Assembly: GCA_018262975.1 (NCBI GenBank)
Contig: JADFDG010000011.1
Coordinates: 46,195 to 110,194 of the forward strand
Direction: 5' to 3'
DNA length: 64,000 bases
Origin: Gammaproteobacteria bacterium
GTDB taxonomy: Bacteria > Pseudomonadota > Gammaproteobacteria > Pseudomonadales > JADFDG01
This document shows, piece after piece, positions 59,614-64,000 of the stretch; the first letter of the stretch is position 1; each line of letters starts with the position of its first letter. A program made the translations under genes and the position numbers. The notes under the pieces were generated by a model. It did no database searches. It was not told the DNA's origin and saw only the letters and a list, made by a program, of their open reading frames with translations.

Positions 59614-62378
59614 GGAAGCCCCTTGATGGCTTGCTCGAGTTTCACGATTACTTCTTCAGTTGTCGCCCTGATCACGCGCAAGGAGCTGATCATTCCCTCC
59701 TTGTTGGCGTTGACCTCAAGTTCGACTCCATCGTCACCCACTGAAAATACCAACTGCGCGCGATAGGCAGTTTCCTTGCCATCCACAAGCGTGAAGCCAG
59801 CCTTTTGCAAAGGCTCAGTGAGTGCATCTACGGCTTCTGCCAATGCACTGTCTGCCGGCTTGAACGGGCGGATCAGCAATTGGCCAACCGCCATCCGATC
59901 AGCAACAGAGCCTTCCAGATACGTGACGTTGCTGACGGATAGGCTCTTGTCGTAATGGAGGCGGAGCTGAACATGCGCGTCGGCCTGCCTGGATGAGACT
60001 GTCAGTACGACCTGAAAAACATGTTCCCGCCAGACAGTGATCGCCCATGCAGATCCACTGAGCCTATCCATCAGTTCCAGAAGCAGAGGTAAAAGCTTAA
60101 TGTCGCTGAACCCTGCGGGCATGGGCAGCGAGGCTTCTCGTTCCGTTGGCTGCCGTGCCTTGTCGTAATGCAGTCCTTGTTTGATCGGAAAGCTTCCGAT
60201 GTGCAGTGTTGAGGAACGGCTAACCGCCGCATTGGTTAGCGGATTCAGGAAAGGTAGCTGCCGTATGACCAACAGCTCATCCGCGCAAACGGATGCCGTA
60301 TACAGCCAGCGGAAGTATTCCTGATTGTTTGGCGTCTCGCTGGAGGCGCTGCGCGCGGCAGAGATCCAGACCGAGGGCCAGCGGCGCCCTTGGGCGCGGT
60401 GCAACGTCAAGGCATGGGCGGGCCTGATGCGGGCCGCGGAAACATACCCTTGAGACTGAAATAGCGAATACTCAAATTTGTCGTATTCCAGCTTTGCTTG
60501 CTTGTACTCGGGTGCGTCCTTTGCCGGCAAAGCATTCTTGCGGGCGTCCAGTATTGGCTTTGCCAGCCGCCGCGACAGTACCTGGAGTGCAAGTACCTGA
60601 TCGACTGAAATTTCAGGTTCCTCTGCTTCATAGAACTCGACGAGATAGCGGAACGTCACTTGCCCTAAACGTGGAACCCGGCATTTCGCGCGCTGGAAGC
60701 GAATCACCGTGGCCGCTTTACGCCCTCGTAACTCTATGGTGTAGGTTTCTATGTCCTCATCAATATCATCGATGAGACCAATTTCACCGGCATTGATCCA
60801 GCGGACCGTCTTACCAGAGTGAGGATCATACTCGTCTTCAAGAATCGGAGTTCTCGAGTGGAAATCCACCCGATCACCGCAGCCAAGGGCGGTAGGGCTT
60901 TTGTGGCCAAGAATCCTTGTCTTTACCGAGCCATTCACCCGGCTTGTTTGCAGGTGGGTTGCGCAGAGATAAATGGATTCAGCCGCAACGTGGTGAATAT
61001 CCGGTTCCCATTTGCGGGCGGAATCGCTCTCCAATGTTTCAAGGCGATGCCCGGTGATACGCGGGAGCCTGTTGAAGCGGTCACTGTCGATACTGCCGAC
61101 CAGGTGGGCCTGCAATGAGTTCAGTGCATCGTCTTTGTCAGCGAGAATCTGTTCATTGAGTACATGGGTCACAACATCTTGACCCATGGCGTTGATCGAT
61201 ATTTCGGAGGTCAATGAGCGTTGTAGAGAGCCTCGTGTCAGTTGGTACTGGTCACCGATGACAATAAACGGTTGGTTGTGATTCTTCATTACAGTAAGGA
61301 AGTCAGTGACGAGTCGACCCGATCCATAACGTCGATCAAGCACCTCAAACTCTTCATCGCTCATGAGGTGAGCATCGACCAGAACGGGAATTTTCCCGTC
61401 CAGATTCAAATCCACATTCACCTTGTGGAGGGCGAATTTCCGGTCATTTACCTTCTCGAAGCTGCTCGGGATCAGTTCGTAAAGCCAGGTGTATATCGAA
61501 ACAGCGGGTACGGAAGGATTGGCGTAGTTGGCCGAAAGTCGAGCGCTCGGCGTTAGCAGAACCACATCCAACCCTTCCTGCTTCAGAAGATCGACCAGGT
61601 AAGGGAACAGGAATCGCTTGCCTGTCGAGGCCATGCCAAGCAGGCGGAACATGCCGCTGTTGGTCTTCCGCCACGTGGAAAAGGCGGTGAGTGCATGTGC
61701 TTGCGAGCGCGTCAGTTGCTGGCCCTGTTGCACACCATGGCTGGCCGGCCCTGCGAGCTTCCGTGTGTCTATGCCGCCTGCCGGCACGAACGACTCGAGC
61801 CCCAGCAGGGAGGCAAGACGGTTCATGTCGTCAGCAGTAAAGTGGATCTCCCGGCTGACGATGGCCTCCAGGTCACGGACGACATGCGAAAAGTCGCTGA
61901 TATAGAACCAGGGCTTGATAGATCCCGGAATCGTGCCGCTATCAAAGCTAATGTTGCCGTGAAAGGCGACGAGGGCTGCGGCATGGCCCCAATTGCAAAT
62001 GTTGTTGAGCTCGGAGAAGTTGCGGCTGAGAAAATCCATCACCGCCTTCTTGTTGATTCGTAGCTGGACAAGCGGGTTAACGCTGGAGCCCCCCTTCACT
62101 TGCGTTGGCTCAGCAGCATTCGGGGGCTGGATCAGCCAAGGGCCGCTCTCAGAAAATTTCAGATCTCCGCTGAAGTCTTTGAAGTCGATGATGATGACCG
62201 CATTGGGCTTGATCACCAGTGCGTCCAGCTCCCGGCTGCCAACGAAGAAATTGCCCAGCAGCAACCAGTTCTGCGAGGTGGCTGTGCAATGCGCATCCAG
62301 CAGGTCGAACAGGCTGTCGAAAGCCTTGTTCTCGTGCGTGTGCTCGAATGGGTTGCCGCGAAACGCCCTGAGTCCCAT
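59610..62378 (-). CDS. NERD nuclease-related domain fused to an SF1 (RecD/AAA_30 + UvrD_C_2-like) helicase, with an unknown C-terminal domain; BREX-embedded
   Basis: 922 aa. NERD-like aa 15-125 (ENKAFDSLFDLL...GSRELDALVIKPNAVIIIDFKDFSG). Walker A GMASTGKR (61617-61637). Walker B position reads VLVDAHLM (61371-61382). IVIGDQYQL (aa 372-380). LTLHRAQGRRW (aa 657-667). aa 715-922 or so are unassigned. Starts 6 nt after the pglX stop. Confidence 0.75.
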   Translation of the reverse strand: MGLRAFRGNPFEHTHENKAFDSLFDLLDAHCTATSQNWLLLGNFFVGSRELDALVIKPNAVIIIDFKDFSGDLKFSESGPWLIQPPNAAEPTQVKGGSSVNPLVQLRINKKAVMDFLSRNFSELNNICNWGHAAALVAFHGNISFDSGTIPGSIKPWFYISDFSHVVRDLEAIVSREIHFTADDMNRLASLLGLESFVPAGGIDTRKLAGPASHGVQQGQQLTRSQAHALTAFSTWRKTNSGMFRLLGMASTGKRFLFPYLVDLLKQEGLDVVLLTPSARLSANYANPSVPAVSIYTWLYELIPSSFEKVNDRKFALHKVNVDLNLDGKIPVLVDAHLMSDEEFEVLDRRYGSGRLVTDFLTVMKNHNQPFIVIGDQYQLTRGSLQRSLTSEISINAMGQDVVTHVLNEQILADKDDALNSLQAHLVGSIDSDRFNRLPRITGHRLETLESDSARKWEPDIHHVAAESIYLCATHLQTSRVNGSVKTRILGHKSPTALGCGDRVDFHSRTPILEDEYDPHSGKTVRWINAGEIGLIDDIDEDIETYTIELRGRKAATVIRFQRAKCRVPRLGQVTFRYLVEFYEAEEPEISVDQVLALQVLSRRLAKPILDARKNALPAKDAPEYKQAKLEYDKFEYSLFQSQGYVSAARIRPAHALTLHRAQGRRWPSVWISAARSASSETPNNQEYFRWLYTASVCADELLVIRQLPFLNPLTNAAVSRSSTLHIGSFPIKQGLHYDKARQPTEREASLPMPAGFSDIKLLPLLLELMDRLSGSAWAITVWREHVFQVVLTVSSRQADAHVQLRLHYDKSLSVSNVTYLEGSVADRMAVGQLLIRPFKPADSALAEAVDALTEPLQKAGFTLVDGKETAYRAQLVFSVGDDGVELEVNANKEGMISSLRVIRATTEEVIVKLEQAIKGLP

Positions 62379-62384
62379 GGTCTG

Positions 62385-64000
62385 TCAGCCTTCCTGGACG
62401 TCCTTGTCGCCGGTTATGGCTTTTACCTCCGCGAGCAAGTCTCCGAACTTGCCGTAGTTCACCTTCACGCCATCATCCAGATCCAGACTGATGCGCTGGT
62501 CGGCGTAGTGACGGAGTTTCTCGTCGAAGGTCGCGAGTTCAGCTTGCTGGTTGTGAAGGGTGGCGAGTTCCTTTTCCAGGCGCTTCTTCTCAGCAGTACT
62601 GGCACTGGCGTCGATGTCTTGTTCGAGCTTGTGTGCGTAGGTGCTGAGCTTTGCAGTCAGCGGGATAACGTATTCGGTGCGCATGCGGGCGAGCGTGCCT
62701 TCGTTGTAGCGGTGCAAGTAGACGAGGCATTCGAAGGCGTTGTGTTTGCCGGAGCTGAACAGCCAGTAGATCGGGCGTTTTTTGTAGGTCTTGAGGTGGT
62801 CTTTATAGAACTGCGTGCTCAAATAGCGGCGGATTGAGTCCAGCGCGGACTCGCCGCGTTTGGGTTTAATGGCATGGAGGCACAGGCTCTCCGCGACGAA
62901 ATCGAGATTTTCCTGCAGGTGTTCGTCTCCCCAGACCACGCGGACAAACTCGCGGAACCGGTTGGTTGCGTCATCGGCGAACCATTCCTGGTCGGTTAGC
63001 GGCAGGATTCCGTCGTTGTCCGGCGCGAAGCGCGGTGATGGGATTTGGCTGAGGTAGTCCTGGAGCGTTTCGCCCTGGCTGGCAAGAATCAGCCCCGGCT
63101 TATCCAAGGAATATCGACCCATCATGCAGCCGATGGCGTAGGACACCAGTTCTTCCATGGTGTCGCACTGAAGCATGGTTTCTAACTCTGCGTCGCTCTT
63201 GTCAACACCGTACCGGTAGTAGGGGTTTGCGTTAAGTGATACTTCATGCAAGGGAGCATGCGGAGATAGTTCGTCCTGGAGACCGTACATCGATATAAAT
63301 GTGTCGTTTATCTCAATCTCAATAGCTTTTAGTTTCGATACGTTTTCTTTCCATTGATTCATGCAATTTACGTATGCATGTTCAAGTTTTTCGTGTGATT
63401 CTCCGGCAGGAATCAGAGGGCTGCATTTGAAGTTCCACGAGTATTCGAAAGAATCCCAGTCTGAATCTGAAATATCTACGGCAGTATTTCTCAGCTCAAT
63501 GATCCGCCTTTGGATGCCATCCGCAAACGGCAGGTTAAGAATATGTCCAAGCTTGAAATCTAAAGTTGGGGCAAGCATCTTTAAAAAGTGGTTGGTCACA
63601 GCGCTATTCAAGAACGCTTCCTCAACAGAGGTTTCGTCTGACGTCGTGGAGAATCCCATGGGGCCTTTGGCATCGAACATAAATCCGTGAGGCACGCTTC
63701 GCACGGCAAAGCTCCCGCTCGATATTCCAGACCATGTTAATCCTTTTCTGAATGCATAATCTCCGTTGTAGTTATGCGATCTAATTCGCCCAGTGCTTGG
63801 GTCGGAAAACACCCTTAGTTCCTCTCCATCATGGAACCAATTAACTACATACTCAAAGTTTCCAGACCAACGTCTAAACTCGCCACCTTTGATGTAGGGG
63901 AAATATCGCTTCTCGCTCTTCGTGGCCTCGGCGTTACTTCTTAAGTTGAATCCAATGCTCTTGATGGCAACTTCGTGCCACAGACGTAGGAATAGATCGT
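62385..64000 (-). CDS. pglX: BREX-1 adenine-specific DNA methyltransferase PglX, C-terminal part (5' end outside window)
   Basis: The frame stays open to the right edge (hand translation upstream of 63812 gives ...FPYIKGGEFRRWSGNFEYVVNWFHDGEELR...). The C-terminal region ...KKRPIYWLFSSGKHNAFECLVYLHRYNEGTLARMRTEYV... is typical of PglX. Followed by pglZ and brxL. Confidence 0.85.
   Translation of the reverse strand, partial: DLFLRLWHEVAIKSIGFNLRSNAEATKSEKRYFPYIKGGEFRRWSGNFEYVVNWFHDGEELRVFSDPSTGRIRSHNYNGDYAFRKGLTWSGISSGSFAVRSVPHGFMFDAKGPMGFSTTSDETSVEEAFLNSAVTNHFLKMLAPTLDFKLGHILNLPFADGIQRRIIELRNTAVDISDSDWDSFEYSWNFKCSPLIPAGESHEKLEHAYVNCMNQWKENVSKLKAIEIEINDTFISMYGLQDELSPHAPLHEVSLNANPYYRYGVDKSDAELETMLQCDTMEELVSYAIGCMMGRYSLDKPGLILASQGETLQDYLSQIPSPRFAPDNDGILPLTDQEWFADDATNRFREFVRVVWGDEHLQENLDFVAESLCLHAIKPKRGESALDSIRRYLSTQFYKDHLKTYKKRPIYWLFSSGKHNAFECLVYLHRYNEGTLARMRTEYVIPLTAKLSTYAHKLEQDIDASASTAEKKRLEKELATLHNQQAELATFDEKLRHYADQRISLDLDDGVKVNYGKFGDLLAEVKAITGDKDVQEG

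Larger units (their letters stand above)
43687..64000. mobile_element. tRNA-Ala-associated integrative genomic island (defence island), right end outside the window
   Basis: Begins directly 3' of the tRNA gene. First gene is a P4-type tyrosine integrase. Abrupt, mosaic drop in GC relative to the flanking core. Cargo is YagK/YfjJ-like genes, orphans and a BREX system. No attR repeat seen inside the window. Confidence 0.7.

Noticed and set aside
1-64000. Search for CRISPR arrays, rRNA genes, transposases/IS elements and an attR copy of the tRNA-Ala 3' end
   Set aside because: None were seen by eye. There are no regularly spaced direct repeats, no rRNA-like conserved blocks and no DDE or serine-recombinase ORFs. 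The island's right boundary is evidently beyond 64000.

Overview
The window has two parts. Part A (1 to about 43.7 kb) is very GC-rich gammaproteobacterial core chromosome, Xanthomonadales-like in gene content and composition. It contains the dnaX(3' end)-ybaB-recR cluster, a TetR-regulated RND efflux operon, a TetR/acyl-CoA dehydrogenase divergon, rnd, a HIT protein, a PilZ protein, a TRAP-type transporter operon and an ABC1 kinase. It also contains rsmE, cysK, a MoxR/VWA pair, a Prs-like/thymidine-phosphorylase-like pair, hrpA, a KAS III gene, a three-gene MNIO-type RiPP cluster (EGxCG-repeat precursor + DUF692 + DUF2063), mlaA, a response-regulator-PP2C/STAS partner-switching pair, tal, dusA and gltX. 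Many long antisense ORFs in this part are GC-driven shadow ORFs. Part B starts at a tRNA-Ala(GGC) gene (43611-43686). It is followed by a P4-type tyrosine integrase and a compositionally mosaic genomic island of visibly lower GC that runs off the right edge. The island carries two YagK/YfjJ (inovirus Gp2)-like genes, several orphan proteins, and an ADP-ribosylglycohydrolase fused to an unknown N-terminal domain. It also carries the distal half of a type 1 BREX system on the minus strand (pglX partial, pglZ, brxL). The most interesting signal is a translationally coupled two-gene cassette between pglX and pglZ. It encodes a 922-aa NERD + SF1 (RecD-like) helicase with a deviant Walker B and an unknown C-terminal domain, and a 469-aa helical-repeat protein ending in two cold-shock/OB-like modules. 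I cannot assign this cassette to a described defence system. All family assignments come from motif recognition by eye. No database search was possible.
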